Counted from the first letter of the whole stretch, positions 36,919 through 51,641 are shown. The stretch is DNA of 56,897 nucleotides, filler included, from Platydemus manokwari (GCA_037951405.1; 5 parts of 5 records of this genome joined end to end with filler, not necessarily neighbours in it), one strand, 5' to 3'. Numbers and translations: made by a program. Notes: a model not told the origin generated them from the sequence alone.

Positions 36919-39310
36919 AATGTATTATGTTTATAATTATAAATCCATTGCATTGAAGGAGGTTTCATTGGTATTGCACTGCATAAACATTCCAATAACG
37001 GTTATCATTATGTTGATAAGAAATGATGATTTAATTGATCCGTGTATATTTATCTTCCAATTGATTATGTGAATGAATTAAAGAGATCTGATACTGCCTC
37101 TACATGTAATAGAATAGTGTGGGCAAGGAGTTGAAATCTCGATGATGATATACGATTTGTACTGAAAGATTTCTTATTTGATCTGTAAAGAGTACCGGCA
37201 AAACAGCCCTTTGAAATCCTTAACAGTATTTAGCGATTAACCACATTATCTTAAGGAAAAGTTTTCCAAATGTATTTGCAATTTTTAATCCGCATAATAC
37301 TACTGCAAATATTTATTCAAAAACACCGATAATCGAATTATACATACATTAAAATATGGAATGTGCGTGGTTCTTTCCTTCGATCGTTCCATGAATCACA
37401 GTTCAATCGCTAGTTCAATCATTTAATAAATTCTGTCTCCGCTTTTCAGTCGATCTTGTCTGGGATATCCTCTTCAAGTGACAATGTAAATAACGATTGT
37501 AAAATCAATCATAAAAGTATAAATGAAGTGATATCAATTGGAATATTTGATTTTATATTAATATATTATAAAATTATCTTGGATATTGTTGATCTTAACT
37601 GTAAGTAAGGACACCTTTTATAATTGTAAAATGAATTTGATTTTATTGGTTTATAATAATAAGAAAATCATTCTGAAATGTAATGATTATTAGTTTAAAT
37701 GGCGAAAATTCTGATGTTTGAAAATGAAATGAAATTAAATAATTCGTATGGAATCACATTATTGATTTACTCAGGTTATGCAACTTTTAGAGTTTAGATT
37801 ACTAGAATTTGCTGATAGACCCATTGATGTTCTATTCAAATATTTCATTAATATAGCCGGTTTCATAATTACATAGAAAGTTTAAACAGGAGATCCAATA
37901 CGACTTATGATCGATAAATAAATTCTTATAGGCTTTATCGATTACACCTAATTCCAGAAAATCTATTGTGATTCCGTCCAGTTTCCACAACAACAAGCAT
38001 CTCATTAATAATAAACAATAAAAATAAAAAAATTTAGATAAGATTATTAATTGCTGATAAAGGATTTTTAAAAATCCGTTAATTTTGTGTTATGATATTA
38101 GATTTATGTGTGGGAATTTGAAATAAAGGAAATGTGGCAGTTGCAAATCTTTTAACTAAAATTAAAGGTGATTTATTGTAGTTCTAAGCAGATCTGAAAT
38201 ACATTCCACCGAGTACATTTCATTATTATCTTTTCTTACCATTCAATATCGATTTTAATATTTATCGGCGTCGCCATTTTATTTTTGGAGTTTTAGAATC
38301 AAATTATTTATCTGTATTTAAATATCTCGATGCCATCATTTACAAAACCATCCAATATTACATCATGTTTGCATTTATATTGTTCTTAAATCTACAAGGG
38401 TATGTGAGATTGAATATTCCAGGTAATAAGTATTGGAACCTATGTATATATATTCTAGAAATCGTTTATTTTTTCAATTTATGACGAACGAATCAAGTTA
38501 GTTGCCAAATATTTTGTCATTAGATACAATTGCAAATAGTTTTTCTTCGTTATTTGAGTATCTCTTGAGTAAAATGGCATGCATAATTAAGTGAGCAGTT
38601 GTGTTGCCGACTCTTGACATCGAGACCTCATTGTGTAATTGAAGACTGATTCTATATTTTCTTCATTTGATATTTGTTTTTCAAAGCGTTTAAACCATTA
38701 TCTATTGAAATTTATTTGGTATTTCATCAAGTCATTTGTAGCAATCAATCCAAAATGGGAATCATATTCGTGGACTTGGTTTACCTTTGTTTAACTTTGC
38801 TTTTCTATTCTATTTATTTTAAGAATTTTTGAAAATTTCCTCGATTTTATTTTTGAAATGATCGAAATCTTGAAATAAACACTCTTACCGGAATCCATAC
38901 TACCCGATCCAATATATATTTTTAGATGAACACAGATTATTCAATAGCTTCAAATTAAGTTCACTTCAAAAGAGACAAATTATTATCATGATTTATTAAT
39001 TATTATTTATTAATTTTTTATTAAACAATAATAATAATTGCCCTGAATGTTTCATTAATATCTAATACATTCGGCAGAAGAACATAACCAGATTATTATT
39101 GAATAGATAACAGTCATTTATTAATGTTCTCAAAACTTCATTGTTCCAATATAATTTTGTTCGTTATCAATAAACCTATCAACAAAGAATGGTACTCTTT
39201 CTTTATCCTCATCATGTATCCTAACCCCGTAGCTACACCACTACTGTATTCACAAATAATTCTTATCGCTTATTTCTTTTACAATAATATGATATTGTCT
39301 CTACTTACAG

Positions 39311-39535
39311 ATGTCGATCACAGCTTATCTTCAGAATCGGAATACCAGAAACCATATATACCTCCCGATGATGTCTATGATCAAGTCACTCGAAACCACG
39401 GATGGGTGCGAGTGTCAGATGTTTCAAATAACAATTATGGTAAAATGAATCTTGATGATTCGTACAGTACTCAGGAGTTTGAACAAGAAAAGGTTCAATT
39501 ATTCTCAGTTCAACCAGATAACGGACCAATCACAG
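39311..39535 (+). CDS. Isolated internal exon ending in the start of an IPT/TIG-like domain
   Basis: ttacag|ATGTC...ATCACAG|gtttt; 225 nt, phase 1-1, GC-richer than its flanks. Reads DVDHSLSSESEYQKPYIPPDDVYDQV...VQLFSVQPDNGPITG; compare the IPT consensus I..I.P..GP..GG. Confidence 0.55.
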
Positions 39536-40889
39536 GTTTTGAAAATTTTGTTATTGTTTCCATAATACATTCCTCATTTCATAATGTTATTTGTTGTTGG
39601 TTCTGTATTCTAATTGATTTATAAGATTATATTGATACAAATAACATATTCGAGAGGGACCAAACAGATTTCGAAAAGTGCCAATAAGATATTCTATTCA
39701 TAATTTCGCTCACCTTTCATTGAGAGCAGGCAAAATCTCTTTAATTTGATAACTAATTAAGAATCAATATTCCGAAGATTCGCAGAAATCAATCCTAATT
39801 CTTTATTATTTATCAAATTTATAATTAGCTACAGCTTGAAACTGATCTAATGTTAATTTTGAGATTGTATTGGCGTGTTTTTAATTTATTTATTATTGGA
39901 TTTTAATTTGCGAAATCTATAATTTTACATAAGAAATAAATAGTAACAAAATGTCAGCATAAACAACCTCGAAAATCAAATTTAAGATTGTCCAAGTATT
40001 TATTATTGTTCGGACCAATTAAAAATTCTTGAACCTGTCAGAAACTATAAATAAACAATGGTGTGTATTTATGTGGATTGGTGTGTGCCTGTGTGTATGA
40101 TGGGTTGAATTCCGCAACATAAATTTAGTTCATAAAACAATAAAACAACATCATTAAAATTTTTAAGAATGAGATTTTTATAATCGAAATGTCAGAAATT
40201 CTGCGAGAATTATGATTGGCTATTTTATTGGAAATATTAACGATTTTAATTCTAGTTGATTTTGTATATTATTATGATTTTCTCCGACGTCAACAACAAT
40301 GCACTTATTAAAATTTCTTATTTTCAATAAAATTAATTTTTTCCTGACCGTTAATAATAATGTAAATAACTAAATATAATTCTGTACCATGTGATATCGA
40401 GTAACTTCATACAAATCTAATAAGATATTTTTAAAATTTTGTTTTCATTAATATTGACCTTAACGCAGTCAAATGTTTACGATTACTAGATCTTATAGAA
40501 ATTTGACCTTCCATTGTGTAAATCGGAGCCGTAGTCTGAACTTTGTATTGACTCTCAGTCTACCTAATTTAATATAAAAATTCTTTTTAAAAGCAATTCT
40601 GGTCACCATTAAATTTATCTATTTGATAACATGCTGGAATGAAATCATCAAAATTGTGTTTATATAAACTATATACTTTGGATAGAAGAGGTTTATTCTC
40701 TGTGACATAGGATTTGATAATTGTGATTAATACAAAAAATTTATAATAAACATTTTTAATAGCTATATTTATATAACAAATATTCACGATTGAAATTAAT
40801 TAGAAAAATCTCTTGTTTTAATGTTGTGAAATAAATGCAATTTTTGGGAACTTTAAACATTAAAATGAATGGGTAATATTAATTACATT

Positions 40890-41477
40890 TTAAAGGGGGT
40901 ACTTTGACCTACTTCCGTAACAATGAATTGAGATAATTTTGTAACTTAATTTTATACATAATTGCGATGCTTGATTTAATTGGATAATTCAGTTAATATC
41001 TCACTTTTTAGGATGTCTAATGTGGACAAGACAGCTTTTAAAACCAAACACCTATTCTAATCACAACATTTCTTTAAGATTATTTGAGTTTTTAAATTAA
41101 AATTTTATTAATTATAAATCGAGTTAGTTAATTACAGATATGTTTAATAATATCATTGCTTATCTTTATAAAATAATTGTAAAAATTGCGAATATCTCTC
41201 AATTTGCTTCTAATGTTAAAAAAGGAGTCCTCATTAATTTTCAATAAATTGCAATTTGACCTACGTTTTTTTTTTATTTTTTCAAATAATAAAATTTCAT
41301 GAGATTTTGAAGCTCTAGTCAGTTTAATATTTGATTTCAAACAACTAAAATTCTAAAGTACTTAAATAAAAAATTTAAAATATTTTTAAAGAATATAATT
41401 AAATAAACTATATATAATATTGCAATACACTCAACAAATTTAAAATTTCATTTTAGGACCATTTTTTAACTTTAGCC
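40890..41477 (-). mobile_element. ~590-bp non-autonomous DNA transposon (MITE), copy A
   Basis: Colinear reverse complement of 54988-55565 (e.g. TTGCAATACACTCAACAAATTTAAAATTTCATTTTAGGACC); ends ...TTAACTTTAGCC. Confidence 0.8.
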
Positions 41478-41639
41478 GAAAACTTTTTAATCAAAATATT
41501 GAAACAAATTATATTGATAATTTTATTTAAAATAGTTATTTGGAATTATTTGGAATTATCCTCACTCAATGTAATCAATATAATTAATAATAATAATAGC
41601 AATAATAATAATGATAATAACAGCAATATACTAGTATTG

Positions 41640-42200
41640 TCAAATATGAAAGGTCAGAAAAGCCAACCGTGCTTGAGACATTGGATTATCATGATACAAA
41701 ACCACAGACTTTTCCACTTTGCAACAATCGCAGACAATTGTTACCGTGACTTTGATCTCTTTTCGGCTTTGACGTTTTTTCTCGATAAATGCTATGTTGG
41801 TAAAATGTTTCCAAGCATCATTTCCTGTAATGATAAATAATCTGACATCTGGGTGGTCTGATGTCAACGTTATCACGACACACATTTTCAGAAATACGGA
41901 ATACAGTTTTCGGTACCAATTGAGATTTGACTCTTTTGATGCATTAAACATCTTTTAAAATGATCTAGACTTATCGAAATAAAATATCTACGTCAACATC
42001 AAGTTTTCTAATTGTCGATTGACGATTTTCGAGAACAAAAATCATGTATTTTCATTGCGTGATATTTGTCCGTTGATGTTTTGTCTTCAAAGTGTTCTTG
42101 ACCTTTGAACATTTTATACTATTCCTATGCTCTTGTTTCTCAGATGACCTTTTCAATGAAATCTTTCTGTAACATTTTCAGTATTTCTCTAGCAGAAATT
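41640..42200 (-). pseudogene. piggyBac-type transposase C-terminal remnant
   Basis: MFNASKESNLNWYRKLYSVFLKMCVV resembles Y...RK..KWYRKL.F..L. RL...G..KHF and RK..KVT..VCDCCK resemble the piggyBac cysteine-rich tail. Internally deleted. Confidence 0.55.
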
Positions 42201-43137
42201 TAATTCCACCTAAAAAGATTAATTTAACTTCTTAGTTCGACAATATTAGATAAAATCAAATAAAAACATTGTTTGTTGTGAGAAAGGCAAACATGACCAT
42301 TTAATTACTGAGTACATCCACGTGAAACCTGACTTTTGTATCATAGATCAACCAAAAGGTATATTATTTACATGAATTGAAAACCCGCGAATTTAAAATT
42401 GAAATATAATAGTAATACAAGCGATGATATAATGACACTAATAAAGTTGATAATATAAGCCACAGTAATTCTGACAATAAATATGATACCATGTTTGTGC
42501 CTGATGTGGTTTATTATCAACATCGTTTTTTATATTTTTAATCATTCTCTACTTAACTCGCATCAGTGTGTTCTTATTAAAACCGCAGGTATAATCTATC
42601 TTATTTAGTTTATTCTTCTCCTTGCATAACATAATTGCTTGAAGACAATAGGTTTGGCAACAGTGACATAATTTATAATTTCCATTTCCATTACTGCACC
42701 TGTATCCTTAATATCATTACTATTTACATTTAATAACGAAATAAGTGAGTTTTAACGTTGTTAAAACTTAAAGGAATCTTTATAAAAATTATTAACCACA
42801 AATTATTATTAATACTACTTACGTATGAAATTATTATTACTGCTATTAAATGTCATAACTATTAACGAATAAACATCAAATGAAAAGTCGCGTTTAAATA
42901 CCAAAGATTTTTTATTAAAACGACAAATTATGCAATTTTTACAATTTGGGGCAATAGTTGATTTTTAAAAATTGCAGAGAAGTAAAATGCCTTTTGTAAT
43001 ATTGTGGTTTTCAAGATTGAGCAACAGCTCGGTAAATAGGAATATTACATATAATTTAAAATATGTTTTGGATTATTTCAAACGTTTACATGATGTAGAT
43101 ATTAACTAACAATGCAATCTGTAAATTATTATTAAAG

Positions 43138-43356
43138 CAGCCGGCCTACTCGCCTGAAACAAACCTCATGGATCGCTTTATCTTCAGAAACTACAAGTGC
43201 TACCGATGTGGAAAAAAATTCAGTAATTCAGGAGAGGTGAGCAACGATTTTCGTCAATATTTGTTGTCAACATTGGAGTCCAAGCTCATAAGCGTGTTTC
43301 AAAGTCTTACATGTCAGCTGCAGAGTGTCATTGAAGTTGATGGAGACTATGCTTAG
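43138..43356 (+). pseudogene. Tc1/mariner transposase C-terminal fragment
   Basis: In frame with ORF 43168: QPAYSPETNLMDRFIF (cf. PPYSPDL.P.D..LF), GKKFSNSGEV and terminal LQSVIEVDGDY. Confidence 0.7.
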
Positions 43357-43542
43357 GCTCTGTTATGGTTTGCTAGCACCTTTGGTATAATTGCGCATGC
43401 GATTTTCACAAATAAATGTTTTTAAATTGTATTTTCTTTAGATTTTGATAAGATTTCATTGACAGAGAAAAACATAAATTTTTTGATGGTTCCTATGTAT
43501 TATTATTTTGTTATACATACCATATGGAAACAAAATATTATA

Positions 43543-43578
<36 letters not shown>

Positions 43579-44396
43579 TTACTCCTAAATATTTACAGCA
43601 ATTTATCCGATAATTTCGTACATCAATACACAATAAATATCAGATCATTGTCAGATAGACTGTTTTGGAATTGCATTGTCCTCCAAACCCCGACAAATGC
43701 AATCATATAATGAATGGAACAATTATAACATTGCGGCTATAGTGACAATATTAATAGTGATAATAATATAAAAATAAATTGTTAAAACAAGTAATAACTG
43801 TTCCCGCTTCCTTATACTTGCGTTATTCTAATATTCGTTAATGATTAAAAAATTAATTAATGCGTAATCCCCCAAAATCTCTGATCTTATTCAAGATTAT
43901 TTGACATCGAATAACTTTTTTTATATCTTGTATAAAAGTCAAACGTTTTAGTTTTCTCTCAAAACATTAATGTCAAAGATAATCAATATATATATATATA
44001 TACATATTCCAGTAATTTAGAGAAAAAATATTTTATTCTGTAATTCGATATGTAGGATTGATAAATTCATTCTCATCCATTTAAAATCTTTCTTTAAAAT
44101 ACTTGAATCTTGCTTCAGTATAGTTCAGAAATAAAACGAATAATTAATTTCGAAACAAAATGAGCAAAAAATCAGACATTTAATAAAATCAATAAAAGAG
44201 ATTATAAGTTGTCGCCTGATTATTATTTTTAATATTCATTTTTGATAATAATATAAATGATTTCTGATATTATGTGGTTGGACTTACACAGTGGGTTAAT
44301 ATTTAATATCAGTGAGTCGATCAATCACTCATAAAACTAAATAAAAAAATAATTTGCTATAAGGTGTAATTCCAAATAGATTTATCATTAGTTATT

Positions 44397-44945
44397 TTAT
44401 TCAAAGTACAACCCATAAACAGTTCCTATACCATATATCGAGTCCCCTTCAAAAGCTGCTTCGACAACATTATCACCATTTGTTGGATGCCACAGACATC
44501 TGCTTGCAATGGTCGTATTTGCCCCAGATTTATCACCAACGAAAACTAAGCAAACCAGTTTGAATCTATTGCAGCACATATCTCGCACAAGTCCTTTGAT
44601 CCGATCTGCAATAGACTTAGTAAGTTCCGGCATAAGTGAATTGTCATAATTCAATCCAAACAGGAAATCGCTGAGAACGTCTTGAATAAGTGTTCGTACA
44701 GATTTTACCATAAATTTATCATTTATTTCTGGCATAATTCGAAAGGTATTTTCATATTGAACTGGCATTACTACCAATGATTTCTTTCCACTCATTGGCA
44801 TATTCCATATACTACCACGCGATCGATGAACATTGACCAATGTTGAACGACGTCCACGAATTACAGACACTCGTCGATCGTTATTAGGTTTGAGTTTAGG
44901 CATCTCGAATTCTATAATACTTGTTCTCTTCGGTTCAGTTGACAT
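44397..44945 (-). CDS. Tctex1-domain dynein light chain (TCTEX1D1/DYNLT5-like), intronless, 182 aa
   Basis: Basic RRxS-rich N-terminal extension, then YENTFRIMP, and Tctex-1 core IADRIKGLVR..RFKLVCLVFVG..IASRCLWHP..D....F....YGIGTVYGLYFE. Confidence 0.93.
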   Translation of the reverse strand: MSTEPKRTSIIEFEMPKLKPNNDRRVSVIRGRRSTLVNVHRSRGSIWNMPMSGKKSLVVMPVQYENTFRIMPEINDKFMVKSVRTLIQDVLSDFLFGLNYDNSLMPELTKSIADRIKGLVRDMCCNRFKLVCLVFVGDKSGANTTIASRCLWHPTNGDNVVEAAFEGDSIYGIGTVYGLYFE

Positions 44946-45264
44946 TGTATTGATTTCTCAAAACAGACTGGGAAATGAAAAAAGATTTCCTGTGAAGTAA
45001 AATCAGCTTTAATTTACTATTGTTAAAATAACAGTGAAGAAATGTGGTAAATAACATTGGTTGTACTTCATCTCCAAATTTATTCTCTACTTCTATTTGC
45101 TTCTACTAACCACCATAAGCCAGAAAATCATAACAATACACTTTTCCCATTGTACCATCTAGATGCATATGCCTTTAATTTCTCTGTTTACATTTAGACA
45201 TTTATTTCTGTAGTCATGGTTACAAGTTATAGATGGTTGCGATTTAGACTGTTTAGCAATATAT

Positions 45265-45364
45265 NNNNNNNNNNNNNNNNNNNNNNNNNNNNNNNNNNNN
45301 NNNNNNNNTTAATTAATTAANNNNNNNNNNNNNNNNNNNNNNNNNNNNNNNNNNNNNNNNNNNN
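45265..45364. other. Artificial contig-joining spacer 4
   Basis: 44N-TTAATTAATTAA-44N. Confidence 0.97.
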
Positions 45365-47758
45365 TAAATGGTACCAAATGTTGCGTAGCTATGTTATGTT
45401 TAAATGATTTGGTAAAACAAAAACTTTAAACAACTAAAAAATATGAATAACTTTTGACTCAGCCTAATAGATATAGACAACCACACAACTGGATAAAAAA
45501 CACCTTGCCAGCTTTGCAATGACCAAACTCATCAAAAACCTTAATTCATTCACAAATATATCATTTTTTATAAGTCAGTAACAGAGCATATCCCAAAATT
45601 TAATCCATAGCACTCATGGTCGGCATATCAGAAGGTTAATTTGGATGCAAATGATCTTTGTTAAAAACACAATATGGAAGATAAATTCAGCATCAATCTA
45701 ACTTAAACTAAATTCTCAAACATTTCATTCGAAATAATGAACATTGGTACATGTCAATCGAAGACAAAAAGAGAGGAAAGAGAGGAAATGCTTTTTGAGT
45801 TCTAACATCTACGATTACAGGGTTACCTGATCATGTAAATAAAGGAGAGGAAAGCAATAGATTTCACTAACGAAGAGAAGAAAAAATTAAAAGAAATCCA
45901 ATCCCATGTAATTTTGTCATTATTTATGTCATCAATGTAACATTAATATTTATTCTCATTTCATCTTAATGCTATTGTTTTATGTGTTTATTTTTACATT
46001 TGGTATTTTTGATTTATCATTTTAGGAATTAACGATTACATTGTATTACAATGTTATTTATATTTACATACAACTAACTACCCATATTTGATGGGTAAAT
46101 CTTAACATTCAAATGAAATTAACACACACACACACACATATATATATGTGCATCTTTTGTAATTAAATACGAGTAAATACCATAATTTATAGAAGAAAAA
46201 TTACCAAAAATGCTTGGATCAATAATTCATCTAGCTATATAGCTTATACGGGAATGCTCGATCTTTTAATCAGAAATCTTACTTAAAAAGCATTTGGATT
46301 TTAAAGAAAATCTGTAATGGTTAGAAAATTATTGAAAAAGTCAAAGTTAAAATGGATTGAATAATATTTGTAACTTATGTATCGCGGTACAATATTAAAA
46401 ATTCGCTTTCTGTGACATTTCATTCTTTCAAAAATTTGTTGAAAACGGTATTTTCTTCCATTACAAGGTAGGTATTGGTAGATTGAAATTTAAAAACAAT
46501 TCTCTCCACTCTGCATTGTATTTGCAAACTTACTGAACTATAAGAGGAATCAAGTCACGACACAGGCTTAACTAGGCAAAAAAGTTGTGAAAGTTTTGAA
46601 AATGTTTAAATTCACAGATAATCGGAACCCCATTTAATATCATGATAAAGATAATTAGAGAAAAAGAGGATTCAAATTATGGGATATTCAATAAAAATAC
46701 ATAAGATGATATTAAGAATCACTCAGTGAAATCCAATGACTAAAAGTTATCAAATATAAATCCTGGAAAAGAAATTGTGAAATATAAATCACTACACCAC
46801 AAATATCGAAATCCTAAATTATTTTCTTTATTTTTCTATAAAATAAAAATGAATAAAGAAGAAATTGACTGGTATCATCTGTATATAAAACATAAGTGAT
46901 GGTATATGAAATAAGATAGGATTTAGATAAGTTGGGATATTCTGTCGATTTCTTTCATGTAGAAGTTGTATATGTTATATTTTGATAATTAATGACGGAG
47001 AATATTCAGTTTGGGGAGGGGAAATTAAACAAATTGTTATAAATGATGTGCAAATTCGACATTATATGGATTTGGATATGACGAGTTGAAGAGAGCGTTT
47101 CAATTTCTGAAAAGTAAATTCCATCTTTTGTATGGAAGCTGTGTGTGTTACAAAGTTGTAATTAAGGGAAATAATTATTAGATTCAAGGAAAAATAGGAT
47201 AAATTATAATAAATCGCGTTCCGCATTGAGTAAATATGATGGTTTATGTAAAATAAAGAAACTGATGGAGATGTAATGATCATGGGAATTATTGATTGGA
47301 ATATTTATCTACTTGACATCTTTTTTCCAAAATTATTCAATATCAGGATATGTTTTCAAATATTTGAGAAGCTTATACTTCTTATCAATAAAAGATATTT
47401 TTTCGATTAAATATGTTTGAAATTTCAACTCTTTGGTGGTTTCAATAACTACGTACATATACTTATGATATTTGCTACAATAATGACTTTTCCCACTAAT
47501 AAAATTATTATTTGATTTGTATTATTAGATACTTTAAGGGTCCATATGTAATAAGTGAAATTAATTCTACTTCATACCTATCTACCTACCTACATACATA
47601 CATATGACTATCATCAAACATTTATGGGAATTTTCAATTTAAAATTCGTTGGTTTATCGATTCTTGCTAATATTTTGTTTAGGTGAATATGACATCAATG
47701 TCAAATTTCATCTCAATATTTTCATTGTTAAAACAAGGTGTTTTTTCCGATTTGTACA

Positions 47759-48130
47759 ATGTCTGAATTTATTGAGCATAGAAGTTGTGTTAAATTCTGT
47801 TTACGGAATGAAATTTCTGCTGTGAAGACGTTGAAGATGCTGCGCAAAGCATTCTGTGATCGGCTATGTTGAAAATAAAGCACATAAGTAGTTTATAATG
47901 TTCAAATATGTATTGAAGACGAACCATAGCCGAGACGACCACAAACATTAACTGATACACGTTAAGAAAATCAAAGATTTGATCGACTGACGATTGCAAA
48001 CTCCTTGCTGATGCTGTAACCATTTCGTTTGGGTCAGTTCATACTATTTTAAAAGATAATTTGTGCTTCAGACGAGTCAAATCTTGTTTGTTTTTTTTTA
48101 CCAAAAATATTCATTTCTTTAGAAAAAGTA
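47759..48130 (+). pseudogene. mariner transposase N-terminal (HTH) remnant
   Basis: ATG 47759 gives [34 protein letters not shown] (mariner EQR..IKFC...L..AFGD), and later ISFGSVHTILKDNLCFRRVKSCL (second HTH leading toward the W/LVP linker); frameshifted. Confidence 0.8.
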
Positions 48131-51100
48131 CGACGTACGAAAGAATGATGATTTTTGAGCACTTTTTGGAGTTCATTGCAATCATTCTCATTGTTAATTA
48201 ATTCTCACCATAAATAAACTCTAATATTTAAATAACCACTATTAATTTAAAATGTGATGCTTTTTTATATTTTCCTCTCAAAAGCCAATTGAAAATTTCG
48301 AATTAACTTTCTCATTTCGGAGTAGTTAGAAATATTTTTGGTCAGAAAAATATATATTTTCAGAGTATTGATTTTAATATTTATCATTTTCAAGACGAGC
48401 TTCCTTTTCGACTGGATTGAAAATTGAAATTTCAATGTTTTATTGTATGTCATTGATTAACTGGATTATGAATTTATATTTCAGTCATTCAGAAATGTTT
48501 ATCAAATTATGTTATTCGTAATTGTTTGCTTTATGAATTTAAATCTAAAACTAACGCTGTGGAATCTTAGACAAATTGAATGAATATATCGAAATCTTCT
48601 AAAGAAGAACTCGAGTAATGGAATCAACGAAGTTATGATATTTGCAGATTCACTCTGAAACATATGGTTGTTGACGAGCTTTTGACGTGTGCCAAATAGA
48701 AATTTTACAACATGGGATTAACTTCATATTTATCTCTGAGAATAAATTAGAATGATAATATTTGCTTTTAATCGAATAGTTTTTTGGAGAAAAATGTGTG
48801 ATATGAAAGTCGATATGAAATTTATACAGAAACAAAGAAAGTACCCATTATCATTAATTGATGAAAATAGTCTCCCAGAAATTCTTTGAGTTTCATTCAA
48901 ACCCCAGAATAGACTTGCAATTTTAAAGATTACAAGACAAAGAAGTCAGCAAGCTTCGATTTCCATAAGTTAATATTCGGAGTGACATCTGATAAATGAA
49001 ATTCAATTATTCCATCATTCGTGTGCTCCTAATTGAATCACCACTATTATTTATTGGAATGAACTTATGAATGAATAACAAAATGCCATCTTAAAGGGTG
49101 GAATAATACAATCGAAAATGCATTAAAAATTGCCTTTGTAATAGGAAAGTGAGATATTGATAATAATTTAATTATAATCTCATTATTATTATTATTATTT
49201 AAAAAAAATATGATTGTAACTAATATAATATTCGATATTATTTTATTAAAACTTGTATATTTCCATATCAAAAATAATAATTCTGCCTATCATTTTTTTT
49301 ATATTTGAGAATGATTATAATTGAATTATATTTGAATTGAATTGATGATAATTTGATAATACTGATATGTTTGTTATTCCCAGGTTAACAAATGGCTGCA
49401 ATGGCTCAAAAATGAAGAATGTATCGAAATGAATTGCGACTGAATGAAATCATTCATTTGATAAAAAAAATTCGATTCTTAATTCACTATATCTACTTCA
49501 TGATCTTTGGCACAATCGTTATAATATCGTATTGGTATATATTATCATACACTTTGGAAATCAATATTAGATAATAATAATAAACAATAATCATTTCTTT
49601 ACCCAATTTTTTGTTATAACTTTCCTAGTCATATTTTGAGTGTGATTTTCTATTTTTTGGTCAATAACTGATTGATTCAATTATCGTGACAATAATTTTA
49701 TTATTCATATTAATATATAATTTTGTATGTCTATTATAATGACGCCATCACTCTATCTGTCGATGATACACATAATATTCACATCTGCATAACTGTTATG
49801 TGCTCGCTGCTTTCTGTTTATTATTATTATTATTATTATTTTATTTTCATGTGACTTTATATTTGGTAGAAATAAGACAATGATAAATTTGTCTTGTAAA
49901 TTTAATGATTTATTATTGATAATAATATTTGAAATTGTTTATAAAATCAATGGGTTTTTCATTTTTATTTATTTATTTAATTATTTAAAAATTATCATTA
50001 CATTGATTGATTGGATTGTGATAGACATTTGGTTTATAATATCGATAAAGGCAATTTTTATTCTAAGATTTTGGACGAATATTATTTGAATGGGTTGGGA
50101 AACTGTGAGCATTTCGTTAAAAATAAGATATTCTGTAAATGTATTCGATGGAAATGATTTTAATATCTTTGAATTAATTTAATAAAAAATTTATTAATTT
50201 TTTAAAATATTATTTCAAATTCTCAACGAATCTTTTCTAATTGATAATACAATCATTCATATTAATCATCGATTTTCCTTTCATAATATTTTTATAATAT
50301 TTGTTCTATCTACGCGAAACACACAATTAATCGATAAGCATAAATATTACAGTCGCCTTAGTCAGAGAAGAAAAATATCAACCTAATTTGCGGATTATAA
50401 CGTTACTATGGTAATAATTAGAAATATATCTCATCTGTTCATGTCCCATTGGTTTTCGTTTCTAAAATTCTTTGTCTATTATTGTTTTTGCCTCACTTTC
50501 GAAACTCATGGATACGGAATATAAATCGATATCGATTTACTTTTAGATTTTGTGCTAGATTGTTTGATCGATATTCGTTATAATTAAGGCAACTTTTGAT
50601 TTTAAAATTTTGCAAATTTATTAATACTATGGTTACTTTATTAATGTACGATGAATCATTTTGATATGATTTATTGTCGTCTATGAAATATAATCCAAGT
50701 ATAAAAACAAACTCATTCATTGTGACAATCAATATTCATTATTCTATTTAATGCAGCTATTTTAAATGCGCAACATTAATTTCCTGAATAATAGGCCAGC
50801 AGAAATAAAATTGTCAGAAAATATCATTCAACTGAAAACAAATCCGGTTTTTTAATGAGAATTATAAATTACGCTTTCGAGACAAAGCTGATAAATACGG
50901 TGATTACGTAATCAATTCATGATATCAATTCTTGATTGGTGGGATTGAGATTGTCTTTGTTCTATATTGATTTCGCTGGAGCCGTAAATTATTCGCACAA
51001 AGAAGTAAAGATCATTAATCATTGCTTCATTGAATAAGTTTATTTGGTGGGAATATCATTATTCTTATTGTTCTAATATCTAATTTTATATACTAATTTT

Positions 51101-51641
51101 GCCACATTAAAAACTTCAACGATCTTAAGATTAATTTTGTAAAAATCCAGAACATTGTATAATTCGATTATAATTTTAATGCATTTCCGTGTTTTTGTTC
51201 AATAAAATAATCAATTTCTAAAATAATCTTAAGCTTAGTTTTTAAATTTTTTTTACCACATACGTTCTTTCATTCCGTTAAAACACATAAGCTATTTGTA
51301 AAAATCGACTGAATTTTCATGAAATATATATAAATCTATTTATTTAATAACAAATGTAATTGACAAAATTGTCTGTTAATAAGAAAATCCAGAAAAAAAA
51401 TAAATCAATCATATGAAAATGAAAATCGATAGATATATTTATAGAGATTAAAAATATCCCCAAAAATTATGAAATCATTAAAAATATTCTATTGAAACAC
51501 CGTGCTAATGTTGTGATGAATTGATTTTAAAATGGAATAAATAGTCAGATTTCACGGATCAATTTTATACTGCAGAGATCATATTTGGTGCATATGATGA
51601 TCAAATTATGTGACTAAGTTTGTGATGGTTTTTTTGATCAT

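Noticed and set aside
41128-41340. Similar small ORFs at 41128-41340 and 55177-55380 (FNIRSKLRD) suggesting a gene family
   Set aside because: Both lie inside copies of the same non-coding MITE.
45430-45700. Possible Tc1-like transposase tail on the minus strand
   Set aside because: Motif similarity too weak, with many stops.
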